64,000 nt of DNA, from the NCBI GenBank assembly GCA_050633305.1, contig JBOEGF010000018.1, positions 768,001-832,000 of the forward strand. The letters run 5' to 3'. This document shows, in pieces, positions 10,430-19,399 of this stretch. The stretch comes from Nannocystales bacterium. GTDB lineage: Bacteria > Myxococcota_A > Polyangia > Nannocystales > Nannocystaceae. Position 1 is the first letter of the stretch. Each line of letters begins with the position of its first letter. Under the pieces are notes generated by a model, which saw only the letters and a list, made by a program, of their open reading frames with translations, was not told where the DNA came from and searched no databases. A program made the translations under genes and the position numbers.

Positions 10430-11812
10430 TCAGGAAGGCCGTGAACCCTTGGGCGGAATGCCCATGAGCGAAATCTTGGCCTTGCTGGGGTCGTAGGGCG
10501 GGGGAAGGTAGATGGCGATGGTGCGCTCGGTGGCGATCGCGCGCCAGTACGTGTCGGACGTGGCCAGCATGAAGTAGACCTGCTTGGGCCGAACGGGGAT
10601 CTCGGGAGGCGGTCGGTGCGTGACCGTCAGCGAGACGCCCGGCGTCGCGGAGCGAACGATCTGGTTGATCTGCTTCCACGAGGCGATCTTCGAGAGCTTG
10701 GGGAGCCGGTTCGAGACTTCCTGGGTCTCGGACTGGGCCTCCACGGCGAGGACGAATGCCTCGCACTTGGGCAGGCGGTCGTCCTTGAGCTGACCGATCC
10801 ACATGCCGTCGGCTCGCGCTTCGAGGGGGACCTCGAGGCAACGCTGCTTGACCGTGGCCCCGAGCATGGCGTTGAGGCTCTCGACCAGCGGTTGAAACGT
10901 GGCTCGAAGGTCGTTGTGGGCAAACGTGGGGAAGGTCGAGGGATCGACGCTCCCGGTGAAGGTGGTCAGCGAGCCGGCCAGCTGCAACAAGGTGAGGTAC
11001 GTCGACAATGGGGTCGGCGACTTGTCCTCCGCGATGTAGCGAACCAAGGGGATGTTGCTCGCCAGCGCGTTGAGCAGCAGGAACCGGGTGGTGTCCTGAG
11101 GTGCAAACTCGACCGAAGCCGCGTCGACCTGGCGGCGGGTTTCGGCGAGGGCGCGGTGCTTGCTGAGCATCGTGCTGAGCAGGTCTTGCAGGTAGCCCTG
11201 AAGCACCGGAGCCGCGGCAACCTTAAGCGCGGGCGGAATGTACGTGTTGGACAGTTGGTACTGCCCCGTCGGGTCGCGAACCACCTCGGCGAGCTTGATC
11301 GAGTCGAAGTCGTCGCGAGACTCCTTGCCCAAGATGATGCGGAGGTTGGGCCGGCCGAAGCCAATGACCTGCTCGGTCTTCGCGATGGTGAGGTCGGGGA
11401 CCGGCCGGTTGGCGATCTTGTAACGGGCCGCGGCGGAGTCATCGAGCGCCTCCGCGTAGTTGGGGACGCCTTCTCGAGTGGACGGGACGCCCAGGTAGAC
11501 CTCGAGCGTCGATGCGGTCGCGGAAAACTGATCGCCGATCGGGCGTGCGGGAGGACCTCCGGAGTCGCCGGGTTCGAGGTCGACGACGAGTCCGCGCGGG
11601 AACACGCCTTCAAACGCCGAGAGCTTGAAGGTGCCCGAGCTGAGCTCGCCTTCGTCGATCGTCATCTCGCTGATGCCCCAGATGTGGGGCACCGCGGCGG
11701 CGAGCCTGGCCCCGATCGAGGCTTCGTAGAAGAGGTCCTGTTGCTGGAGGTGCTGAGGGCACATCAGCATGCCCTCGCTCCACACGACCCGGTTCAAGTT
11801 CTTGCGCGACAT
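10430..11812 (-). CDS. tssK: T6SS baseplate subunit TssK
   Basis: RVVWSEGMLMCPQHLQQQD N-terminal motif, YIPPAL, PPPEIPVRP; ATG at 11812 inside the longer listed ORF. Confidence 0.94.
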   Translation of the reverse strand: MSRKNLNRVVWSEGMLMCPQHLQQQDLFYEASIGARLAAAVPHIWGISEMTIDEGELSSGTFKLSAFEGVFPRGLVVDLEPGDSGGPPARPIGDQFSATASTLEVYLGVPSTREGVPNYAEALDDSAAARYKIANRPVPDLTIAKTEQVIGFGRPNLRIILGKESRDDFDSIKLAEVVRDPTGQYQLSNTYIPPALKVAAAPVLQGYLQDLLSTMLSKHRALAETRRQVDAASVEFAPQDTTRFLLLNALASNIPLVRYIAEDKSPTPLSTYLTLLQLAGSLTTFTGSVDPSTFPTFAHNDLRATFQPLVESLNAMLGATVKQRCLEVPLEARADGMWIGQLKDDRLPKCEAFVLAVEAQSETQEVSNRLPKLSKIASWKQINQIVRSATPGVSLTVTHRPPPEIPVRPKQVYFMLATSDTYWRAIATERTIAIYLPPPYDPSKAKISLMGIPPKGSRPS

Positions 11813-11828
11813 GACGGACCTCGGGGGC

Positions 11829-12626
11829 TCAGGCGCCCGGTTTCTCCGGGGCTGTGGGAGCCTCGGGCGTGGACGGTTCTTCGGGTTGCTCGGGCGCCTC
11901 GACGTCCTTGAGCTTCTTGCGCTTTTTCTTCTTTTTCTTCTTCTTGCCGTCGTCTTTGAGCTCGACGGGCGGCGTTCGGCTGGGCTTGCCGGGGCATTGA
12001 AGCCCGTGTCCTTCGGCGTCCCAGCCCGTTGGCGGGGTGGGTCCGCCGTCGAGCAGCGAGCGCTCGAGCAAGACGTGGAAACACGGGTCCGGCCACGGCT
12101 GCTTCTTCTTCTTGGCCGTGCAGACGTCGTTGCCGTGGTAGCGCGGCACCTCGTAGAGGCGGAACCAATCCTGACCGAGAGGTTCTCGGTAGATCGCCGC
12201 CGCAAGGACGAACTTGGCCTCGGGGTCCGGTGTCAGCTCCAAGGTGTCGTTTTTGCCCGGGTAGACCGTGATCTCCTCTTCGGAGATGAAGTCGTCGCCG
12301 AACGCCACCTCGCCGCCCTCTTCCCAAACGGTCTCGAAGTCGATGATGTCGACACTCTCGTCGCCCTTGAGCTGGTAGACGTGTAGCTGGACCGACAGCG
12401 GCTGGCCTTCGTCGTCGAGGTTGATCATCTCGTCCGGCTGGATGACCACCCGGATCGCCTCGAAGACTTCGTCGTCGGGGTTGCAGGTCGGGCCCTTGTT
12501 TTTCTTCTTGCAACCAGCGGCGGCCGTGAGGGCGAGGGCCGCGGTGAGACCCAGGCCCAGGCCAGCACGAGCGAGTGGGCGGAGCGAGGACACAGCGGTG
12601 AGCGACGGACGCACGAACACAGTCAT
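11829..12626 (-). CDS. tssJ: T6SS outer-membrane lipoprotein TssJ
   Basis: Lipobox-like AAGC, INLDDEGQPLSVQLHVYQLK, AAIYREP; directly upstream of tssK; poly-Lys C-terminal tail. Confidence 0.88.
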   Translation of the reverse strand: MTVFVRPSLTAVSSLRPLARAGLGLGLTAALALTAAAGCKKKNKGPTCNPDDEVFEAIRVVIQPDEMINLDDEGQPLSVQLHVYQLKGDESVDIIDFETVWEEGGEVAFGDDFISEEEITVYPGKNDTLELTPDPEAKFVLAAAIYREPLGQDWFRLYEVPRYHGNDVCTAKKKKQPWPDPCFHVLLERSLLDGGPTPPTGWDAEGHGLQCPGKPSRTPPVELKDDGKKKKKKKKRKKLKDVEAPEQPEEPSTPEAPTAPEKPGA

Positions 12627-12709
12627 TTGAGGGCGCGGCGCTGAGGCAAAAAAACAGCGCGTCGGCCGCGGAGAATCCCACGGCGAACAAGAGCTTGGCA
12701 AGGGCAGCG

Positions 12710-15307
12710 CTATGTCATGGCCAGGGAAATCCCGCGTTGCGCGAAGTCGGAGATGAACCCTTGGAGGGCCGCGGTGTGGGTCCAGTTCCTCGTGTGGGGA
12801 TCGAGACTGACCAGGTCGGTGACGACGGCGGTACCCGAAGATGAGACCCCCGGGGAGGACAGCTGCGTGATTCGGGTGATGCCGTCGCCGAAGCGGTTGA
12901 CCACGATGATGAGGTCGAGACTCGCGGCCACTCGAAGCACACGAGTGTCCGCAGACGCCGAGCCGCCCGCGAGCCCGCTGAGGGCGGCCAGCCGCTGCAG
13001 CCCCTCATCGGCCGTGGAGGCACGCGTGGTGAGTACAACCCCATCGAGACCTCTGCCCAAGGCCGTGAGCGCCGAACCGGCCTCCGCCCCTGTGATGTCA
13101 TGGATGAGCAGACGACCAGGTGCGAGCCCCAGCCCAGCGTCGACGAGACCAGGCATCGCGTGGGCGCGGGAGCTCTGAAGCACCACGGCGTTCTCTGGAA
13201 GCTGCGCGGCCTCGTGGTTGGGACGGACGACGACGAGCCTTTGACTGGCTGGCGCCGCGAGGGCCAGGGCGGCGGCCATCGGGAACGCTCGAGCGCCCGG
13301 ACCGGCGAACACCGCGATTCGCAGACCACTGTTCACGGCACTGCTCAACAGCTTGGCAATCGCATCCGAAAGCGCTGCGCTGGCCGTCAGCTGGCCAAGG
13401 TCGTAGCGAGGCTGGACAGACGCCGCGCGCCGGATGCTGACGATCGGGCCATCGACCGCGAGGCTCTGGTGGACGGCATGGACCCGGTGGCCGTCGGCAG
13501 TCGTGGCCTCGATGACGGGATTGGTCGGGGCAAAGCTCGATCCTGTGAGCCGGGTGACGACCCATGCGAGGGCTTCGTCGCTGGAGAAGGATGACTCTTC
13601 CGATGCGACCGACTGGCCGTTTTTTACGATCAGGCAGTGGCTGGGTCCACGGAGCAGAATCTCTGTGATGTGAGGGTCGCGAAGCAACGCGTTGAGCGGA
13701 CCGACCCCGCACAGCTCGGTCTGCATGCGCGCCGAAAGTGACATCGGCTCGAGATGACCGACGGTCTCTTTGAGGTCTTGAAGCCCGGAGCGAAGGCGCG
13801 TGACCAAGGTGTCATCGTCGAGTCCGGGTTCGGCGAGCCATCGGTCGCGTACCGTCGCAAAGACCTGCCGGCAGGCCTCTCGGGTCTGGGCTTCGCGGGG
13901 GAGCCCAACCAACGCAGCGGGGTGCAGTACGGAAGGTGCACCGTGGCCTCCGGTGGAGGGGGCCATGACCGGAGAGGAGATCGCGACCGGAGGTGCAGCT
14001 GCCGGGCCCACGCGCGGCATCGACCACGCGTCGGGCGTGGGGCCGGCGGGGCCCGGATTCGACGAAGGCGGGGCATCCTCGGGCGGCCGTTCGAGCGCGA
14101 CCACGTCGTCGGCCATCATGGTGGCGCCGGTCCGAACGGGGGACTTCGAGCCCAAGACGACCTTGGGCGCGGAGGGGGTGCTCGCATCCGGGTGATGGGT
14201 TGGCGTGTCCAACTCCCCTTTGGCCGAAGGGGCGGACGTGGACGGGGTGATCGGGGCCTGTTTGGGCGTCGAAGCCCCGGAGGGGGGATGTAGAACGGGT
14301 TTTGCGGCGGCGGGCGGGGGCTCCGGTTCCGCGGCGACCGAAGGCGGGGCGGCCGGAGGCGGCTCGGGGGCGGCCTCCGGGACCGCCGCGGGTGGGTCCG
14401 CCATCGGTGGCGGGGCCATCGGAGGAGGAGCCGAGGGTGGCTCGGGTGTGGGAGGGGCGGCCATCACCGGAGGGGTCATGGGCGGTGGAGCCATCGGGGG
14501 CGGGGCCATCGGGGGCTCTGCGATCGGGGGCTCGACGACCGGCGGCGCGCTCGGGTCCGCGCCACCGATCATCGGTGGCAGCGTTGGGGCACCGGGCGCT
14601 TTCTGAGCTCGCAGCTTGAACGGCGGTTCGGCCTCGAGCACCGGAGGGCTTGCGGGAGCGTCGAGCGGCGGCGGGAGGGATGGGTCAACCCGCGGTGCGG
14701 GGGACATCGCCGGAGGCGGGGCACCGATCGAAGGGGGTGGCTGGCCGATGGCTGGGGGCGGGGCCCCGATCGGTGGCGGTGGGGCGCCGAGCGGAGGCGC
14801 GGGGCCTCCGATGGCCGGGGGCGGTGCGCCGATGGGTGGCGGCGGTGCATCGAGCGAGGGCGGGGGTCCTCCGAGGGCCGGGGGAGGGGCTCCGATAGCG
14901 GGAGGCGGGTTGCCGATGGGGGCAGGGCCCTGGGGCGGGGTGCTGGCCGAGACGGGGCCGACCGGGCCGGGCAAACCGCCCGCTACGGGGTGCTGGGAGG
15001 GGGGTCCGGCGGAAGCACCATCGAGTTCGAACGCCAGCTTGTAGGAGCAGACGTACACCTCGTCGCCTGGCATGACCATCTGCGGACCCTGGATGCGGCT
15101 GCCGTTGACGAACGTGCCGTTGGTCGAACTCAGGTCGATCAGCGTCAGCGATCCGTCCGTGTAGAGGATACGCGCGTGGCTCGAGGAGACGCCCGGCTCG
15201 GGGATGCGGACGTCGTTGCTTGGGGTGCGCCCGATCGTGATCTCGCGCTTGTCGAACGATGTCGTGGTCGGAGGCTGGCCGGTCTTCGAGATCGTGATGC
15301 GCAACAT
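12710..15307 (-). CDS. FHA domain, long Pro-rich linker and degenerate TadA/CpaF (VirB11-like) ATPase domain
   Basis: FHA motifs IGR..SSSHA..STNGT; C-terminal GVGPLNALLRDPHITEI and DGPIVSIRR match the CpaF family, but Walker A, Asp box, Walker B and His box are all altered. Confidence 0.8.
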   Translation of the reverse strand: MLRITISKTGQPPTTTSFDKREITIGRTPSNDVRIPEPGVSSSHARILYTDGSLTLIDLSSTNGTFVNGSRIQGPQMVMPGDEVYVCSYKLAFELDGASAGPPSQHPVAGGLPGPVGPVSASTPPQGPAPIGNPPPAIGAPPPALGGPPPSLDAPPPPIGAPPPAIGGPAPPLGAPPPPIGAPPPAIGQPPPSIGAPPPAMSPAPRVDPSLPPPLDAPASPPVLEAEPPFKLRAQKAPGAPTLPPMIGGADPSAPPVVEPPIAEPPMAPPPMAPPPMTPPVMAAPPTPEPPSAPPPMAPPPMADPPAAVPEAAPEPPPAAPPSVAAEPEPPPAAAKPVLHPPSGASTPKQAPITPSTSAPSAKGELDTPTHHPDASTPSAPKVVLGSKSPVRTGATMMADDVVALERPPEDAPPSSNPGPAGPTPDAWSMPRVGPAAAPPVAISSPVMAPSTGGHGAPSVLHPAALVGLPREAQTREACRQVFATVRDRWLAEPGLDDDTLVTRLRSGLQDLKETVGHLEPMSLSARMQTELCGVGPLNALLRDPHITEILLRGPSHCLIVKNGQSVASEESSFSSDEALAWVVTRLTGSSFAPTNPVIEATTADGHRVHAVHQSLAVDGPIVSIRRAASVQPRYDLGQLTASAALSDAIAKLLSSAVNSGLRIAVFAGPGARAFPMAAALALAAPASQRLVVVRPNHEAAQLPENAVVLQSSRAHAMPGLVDAGLGLAPGRLLIHDITGAEAGSALTALGRGLDGVVLTTRASTADEGLQRLAALSGLAGGSASADTRVLRVAASLDLIIVVNRFGDGITRITQLSSPGVSSSGTAVVTDLVSLDPHTRNWTHTAALQGFISDFAQRGISLAMT
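14705..14918 (-). repeat. Imperfect 21-bp tandem repeat encoding about ten [IL]G[AGNQ]PPP[APS]-like units (approximate limits)
   Basis: Translation IGNPPPA IGAPPPA LGGPPPS LDAPPPP IGAPPPA IGGPAPP LGAPPPP IGAPPPA IGQPPPS IGAPPPA. Confidence 0.8.
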
Positions 15308-15541
15308 GAGGCGGGAGGAGGATGGTCGCGCGGTGGGGGCGGGTTGGGAAGGGGGGCGGTTGGGGAAAACGTTGGATCCAGGGTCCCGGTCTCAACGCGG
15401 TGTCGCCGGCTCCCGGGTCGTTGCCCGCGCCGGCCTGTGCCGATGGATATCGGCGGCGCCTGGCAAGCGGAGCGGCCGGAGCCTGCCCGTGATACCGGGG
15501 TGAGTCTTTACGGGGTCGGGGGGCGCTGCTACGTTACGAAC

Positions 15542-16033
15542 ATGTCGATGTCCCTTTCCCTCATCCTCTCCGCTAACGGCACCGTGCTCGAGGGCGAGTC
15601 AACGGTTTCGAGTTTTGATCGGGGCCCCACAATTGAGTGCCAGTCCTTCTGCGACTCCGTCCGGACTGCGCGCGAAGGCGGGACCGGCCAGGCCACAGGG
15701 CGACACTCCTTCGATCCGATCAAGTTCACGAAGAAAATGGACAAGTCGTCGCCGCTCCTCGCAAAGGCGCTCTGCAACAACGAGGTTATCGAGGCGAGCT
15801 GGACTTTCTACCGCCCCAACCCTGACGGAGACGGGACCGTCCAACAGTTCTTCAGGATCGAGGTCAAAGAGGCACGGATCGCAAGCATCGTCCGGACCTC
15901 CAGCGACGCAATTGACCCGGCAAGCGCGAACCTTGCACCTATTGAGGAGATCAGCATCGTATTCCACACGATCTCGTGGGAAGATTTGGTCAACAACACG
16001 ATCCATGAAGATAACTGGCGCGAGCAAGCGTAG
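15542..16033 (+). CDS. hcp: T6SS tube protein Hcp (TssD)
   Basis: GQATGRHSFDPIKFTKKMDKSSPLL, EEISIVFHTISW; ATG at 15542; followed by tssE. Confidence 0.93.
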   Translation: MSMSLSLILSANGTVLEGESTVSSFDRGPTIECQSFCDSVRTAREGGTGQATGRHSFDPIKFTKKMDKSSPLLAKALCNNEVIEASWTFYRPNPDGDGTVQQFFRIEVKEARIASIVRTSSDAIDPASANLAPIEEISIVFHTISWEDLVNNTIHEDNWREQA

Positions 16034-16048
16034 CTGGAGCCGACGTAG

Positions 16049-16432
16049 ATGGCGCGGGGAATACTAGGTAGGCTTGCCTCTTCGTCCCCGTCTCGAGCGG
16101 CGGACGAGGTGCAGTCCATCATCGGAAACCTGCGAGCGATTCTCAACACGCGTGTTGGGGATGCTCCGGCGGCCCCGGACTTCGGGGTCATCGATCTATG
16201 CGACCTCTATCACGACTTCCCGAACGCGACGCAGTTCCTCCAGCGGAGCATTCGGGAGACTATTCAGAAGTTTGAGCCGCGCCTCACGAGTGTGCGGGTT
16301 CGTCCCGCGGCGAGTGATGATCCGTTGACACTGGTTTTTGATATCTCGGCACGTCTCACCGGTGACCGCAAACGCGGTCTCGTGCGGGTCCGGACGCAGG
16401 TCAACCAAGGTGGACGCGTAGATATCGAGTAG
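16049..16432 (+). CDS. tssE: T6SS baseplate subunit TssE (gp25-like)
   Basis: NLRAILNTRVG, PDFGVIDL, IQKFEPRL. Confidence 0.92.
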   Translation: MARGILGRLASSSPSRAADEVQSIIGNLRAILNTRVGDAPAAPDFGVIDLCDLYHDFPNATQFLQRSIRETIQKFEPRLTSVRVRPAASDDPLTLVFDISARLTGDRKRGLVRVRTQVNQGGRVDIE

Positions 16433-16491
16433 CCCGGTCTGGCCTGGTTTTCGCGTTCAAGCTGACGCAATTATTCGTATCCTCCAGGGCG

Positions 16492-18231
16492 TTGGGCGCG
16501 AAGTACTACGAGAGCGAGCTGCAGTACCTCCGCGAGATGGGCAAGGAGTTTTCCCTCCTTCACCCGTCGACGGCTGGTCTGCTCGCAGAGAAGGGCAGCG
16601 ACCCCGATGTCGAGCGGCTGCTCGAGGGGGTCGCGTTCCTCACGGCGCGCATTCGAGAACGGGTTGATGACGCGGTACCGGAGGTCGTCCACGGGTTGAT
16701 GCAGCTCCTGTTGCCGCACTACCTACGCACGATCCCGCCCACGTCGGTCATCCAGTACGAGCCGCCCATCAAGTCACTTCGTGGCGTTCACACTGTGTCC
16801 GAAGGGGCCAGGGTGTCCTCCAAGTCCATCAAAGGGACGGCTTGCGAGTTCCGGACGACGATGCCGGTCGACTTGCTGCCCGTCCGCATCGAAGATGCGG
16901 TGCTCGATCAGTCGAAGGGCAACTTCCCTGTCATCCGCCTGCGCATGCTGACGAGCGAGCCGGGCATGCCGATTCTCGCCCGCAAAGAAGGCCTCCGGTT
17001 TCTTCTGCACGGCGAGTTGGGCCTGTCCTCGACCCTGCACCTGTGGTTGATGCGACACCTCAAGGGGGTGAGCATCCAGTCCGATGGCGCCGAGCCGATC
17101 GCGATCGGCACCGACGTGATCAAGCCGATCGGCTTTCGCCCGCAGGACGACATGCTGCCGTGGCCGACGTTGTCTCAGCCGGGCTATCGCTACTTGCAGG
17201 AGTACTTCTGCAACCCCTCCAAGTTCCTGTACTTCGACCTGGAACGACTCGACCGGGCGCCGCTGACCGCGGAGCGGTTTGAGATCGCGTTTGAGTTCGA
17301 GCGGCCGCCCGAACTCAACCAGCGCATCACGGCCGAGACGTTCCGGTTGTTCACGACACCGGTGATCAACCTGTTTGACGTCTCGGCCGAGCCGGTCAAG
17401 CTCGACCCCAAAGTCCACGAGCACCTGCTGCGAGCCAGCGGTACACGGCATGACCACATGGAGGTCTACGCGGTTCGGGAGGTCCTTGGCATCCGGCAGG
17501 GCCAATCGCAACGTCGGACCTATGAGCCCTTCGTGGGATTCGCCCACACGGCCGACTCGCGAGAGGGCAGCTACTACACGCTGCGGCCGACGTCCTCGCC
17601 GCTCGATGACGCGACCGACAAGTACATCTCCATCGTGACGCCGCTGGGCGACACGCCGAGCCGCGACGAAGAGGTGCTCTCGATGGAGCTGACCTGCAGC
17701 AACCGCTTGCTGCCCGCTGAACTCCAGCTCGGCGAGATCAATACGACCCCGCGCGGTGTCTCCAGTCCGGCGCCGTTCAAAAACATTTCGCCCGTCACCA
17801 ATGCATCGCGCCCCAAGCTGGGCTCGGACCTTCAGTGGCGGTTGCTCTCGCACTTGTCCTTGGGCCGAGCATCGCTCGCTGACCCCCGGGTCCTGCGGAC
17901 GCTGCTGAACCTCTATAACTTCCAGCGCGAATCCTCACCCGCTCAAGGCCGGGCCAACGAGCTTCGTGTCGAGTCGATCCGCAGCATCGAGAACGAGCCG
18001 GTCACCCGGCTGATGGGCGGCGCCCCGGTCCGGGGGGTCGAGACCCGCATCGAGCTGGAGGAATCGAAGCTCGGCACCCAGGGCGACGCGTTTTTGTTCG
18101 GCTGTGTGCTCGACGAAGTGTTCGCCACCCACGTGCCGCTCAACTCGTTCAACGAACTGCACCTCATCCTCCACCCGTCGAAGGTCGAGCTCAAGTGGCC
18201 AGCGAGAAGCGGACAGCGTCGGATTCTCTGA
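16492..18231 (+). CDS. tssF: T6SS baseplate subunit TssF
   Basis: YYESELQYLRE, DPDVERLLEGVAFL, LQEYF, TPVINLF, WRLLSHLSL; TTG start. Confidence 0.96.
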   Translation: MGAKYYESELQYLREMGKEFSLLHPSTAGLLAEKGSDPDVERLLEGVAFLTARIRERVDDAVPEVVHGLMQLLLPHYLRTIPPTSVIQYEPPIKSLRGVHTVSEGARVSSKSIKGTACEFRTTMPVDLLPVRIEDAVLDQSKGNFPVIRLRMLTSEPGMPILARKEGLRFLLHGELGLSSTLHLWLMRHLKGVSIQSDGAEPIAIGTDVIKPIGFRPQDDMLPWPTLSQPGYRYLQEYFCNPSKFLYFDLERLDRAPLTAERFEIAFEFERPPELNQRITAETFRLFTTPVINLFDVSAEPVKLDPKVHEHLLRASGTRHDHMEVYAVREVLGIRQGQSQRRTYEPFVGFAHTADSREGSYYTLRPTSSPLDDATDKYISIVTPLGDTPSRDEEVLSMELTCSNRLLPAELQLGEINTTPRGVSSPAPFKNISPVTNASRPKLGSDLQWRLLSHLSLGRASLADPRVLRTLLNLYNFQRESSPAQGRANELRVESIRSIENEPVTRLMGGAPVRGVETRIELEESKLGTQGDAFLFGCVLDEVFATHVPLNSFNELHLILHPSKVELKWPARSGQRRIL

Positions 18232-19385
18232 GTTTGCCGAGCACGCGGCCGCCTGCGGGCAGCCGGGGCACGGTTGCGCCTCCCAGTCGCAATGACGCCG
18301 ACGCCATTCGAGACTCGCTGCTCGAGAACGCGACTCGCTACGACTTCTTCTACACCGTGGGCATGATGGAGCGTCTCGCGCCGGAGGCGGTTCGGGTGGG
18401 CGGCAACGGCCCCTACGACCGTGAAGCGATCCGCTTTCGGCATGACGCGTCGCTGGCGTTCAAAGCCGGCGACATCATGAAGGTGGAGTGGGTCGCCAAG
18501 CCGCAGGCGGCCGAAGACGCGCTCGAGGAGAAACAGTTTCGCTTCGAGATCACGACTGCGTTCTTGGGCCTGACCGGGACCGTCTCTCCCATGCCGCTGT
18601 ACCTCGCGGAGGAGGTCGCACAGGCCCAGGACACGGCCGCGGTCAAACGCGACTTCCTCGACCTGTTTCACCACCGGTTGATCTCTTTCGTCTACCGGAT
18701 CGGGGTCAAGCACGACCTCGCGCGCGAGTACCTCAAGGACGCGACCGACTCGTGGTCCAAACGCATCCTTGCGCTGGCCGGCTTCGACAGCTGGGGTGGG
18801 CACGCGATGAAGACCATCCCGCCGTGGCGGATGCTTCGCCTCGCGCCGTTGCTCTCCAGTGGTATCCGCTCCGCCCGGACGATCGAGTTGGCGCTCGAGG
18901 ACGTGTGCGGCGAGGCCTTGCAGGGTGCCGAAGTGCACGTCGAGACGTTCTCCGGTGGCTGGAGTCCACTCGACGGAGAACAGCGGATGGCCCTGGGCGA
19001 GCGAAACCACGCTCTGGGGCATGCATCGGTGCTGGGCGCCGAGTGTTTCGACAAGAGTGGGAAGGCGGTCATCGCCATCGGGCCGCTGGGCGAGAACTTC
19101 CGGCATTTCCTGGCCGATGGAGATCAGTACCCTGTCATCGTCGAGCTATTGGCCGTTCTCACCGACGAGCCGATCGTTTTTGAGATGCGACTCGACGTCC
19201 GCGACGACGCTCGACCTCCGTTCCACCTCGGTGTGACCGGGGCTCGGATGGGCGTCGACGCGTGGCTGGGTTCCGGGGTGGAGTCCGCATCGATGACCCA
19301 CGTCAACGTCGAGTTGCCGCGCCATCTCGACCGAGTTCCTTCCAACGCGAACTACGGCTGGCAATCCCGGCCGCAACGACACTGA
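18195..19385 (+). CDS. tssG: T6SS baseplate subunit TssG
   Basis: IRFRHDASLAF, FLGLTGTVSPMPLY, DFLDLFHHRL; start overlaps the tssF end. Confidence 0.93.
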   Translation: MASEKRTASDSLSLPSTRPPAGSRGTVAPPSRNDADAIRDSLLENATRYDFFYTVGMMERLAPEAVRVGGNGPYDREAIRFRHDASLAFKAGDIMKVEWVAKPQAAEDALEEKQFRFEITTAFLGLTGTVSPMPLYLAEEVAQAQDTAAVKRDFLDLFHHRLISFVYRIGVKHDLAREYLKDATDSWSKRILALAGFDSWGGHAMKTIPPWRMLRLAPLLSSGIRSARTIELALEDVCGEALQGAEVHVETFSGGWSPLDGEQRMALGERNHALGHASVLGAECFDKSGKAVIAIGPLGENFRHFLADGDQYPVIVELLAVLTDEPIVFEMRLDVRDDARPPFHLGVTGARMGVDAWLGSGVESASMTHVNVELPRHLDRVPSNANYGWQSRPQRH

Positions 19386-19399
19386 ACCGAGATTCCGAA

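Noticed and set aside
12710..13900. Functional Tad pilus locus
   Set aside because: Only a degenerate ATPase-like domain; no flp, tadB/C, rcpA or cpaB in the window
15461..15476. Possible sigma-54 promoter (TGGCA) upstream of hcp
   Set aside because: No GC at the -12 position with the required GG-N10-GC spacing
14990..15541. Long N-terminal extension of Hcp in the ORF track
   Set aside because: Overlaps the opposite-strand FHA gene; Hcp similarity starts at ATG 15542. Similar over-extended starts were trimmed for tssK, tssH, aceK and others
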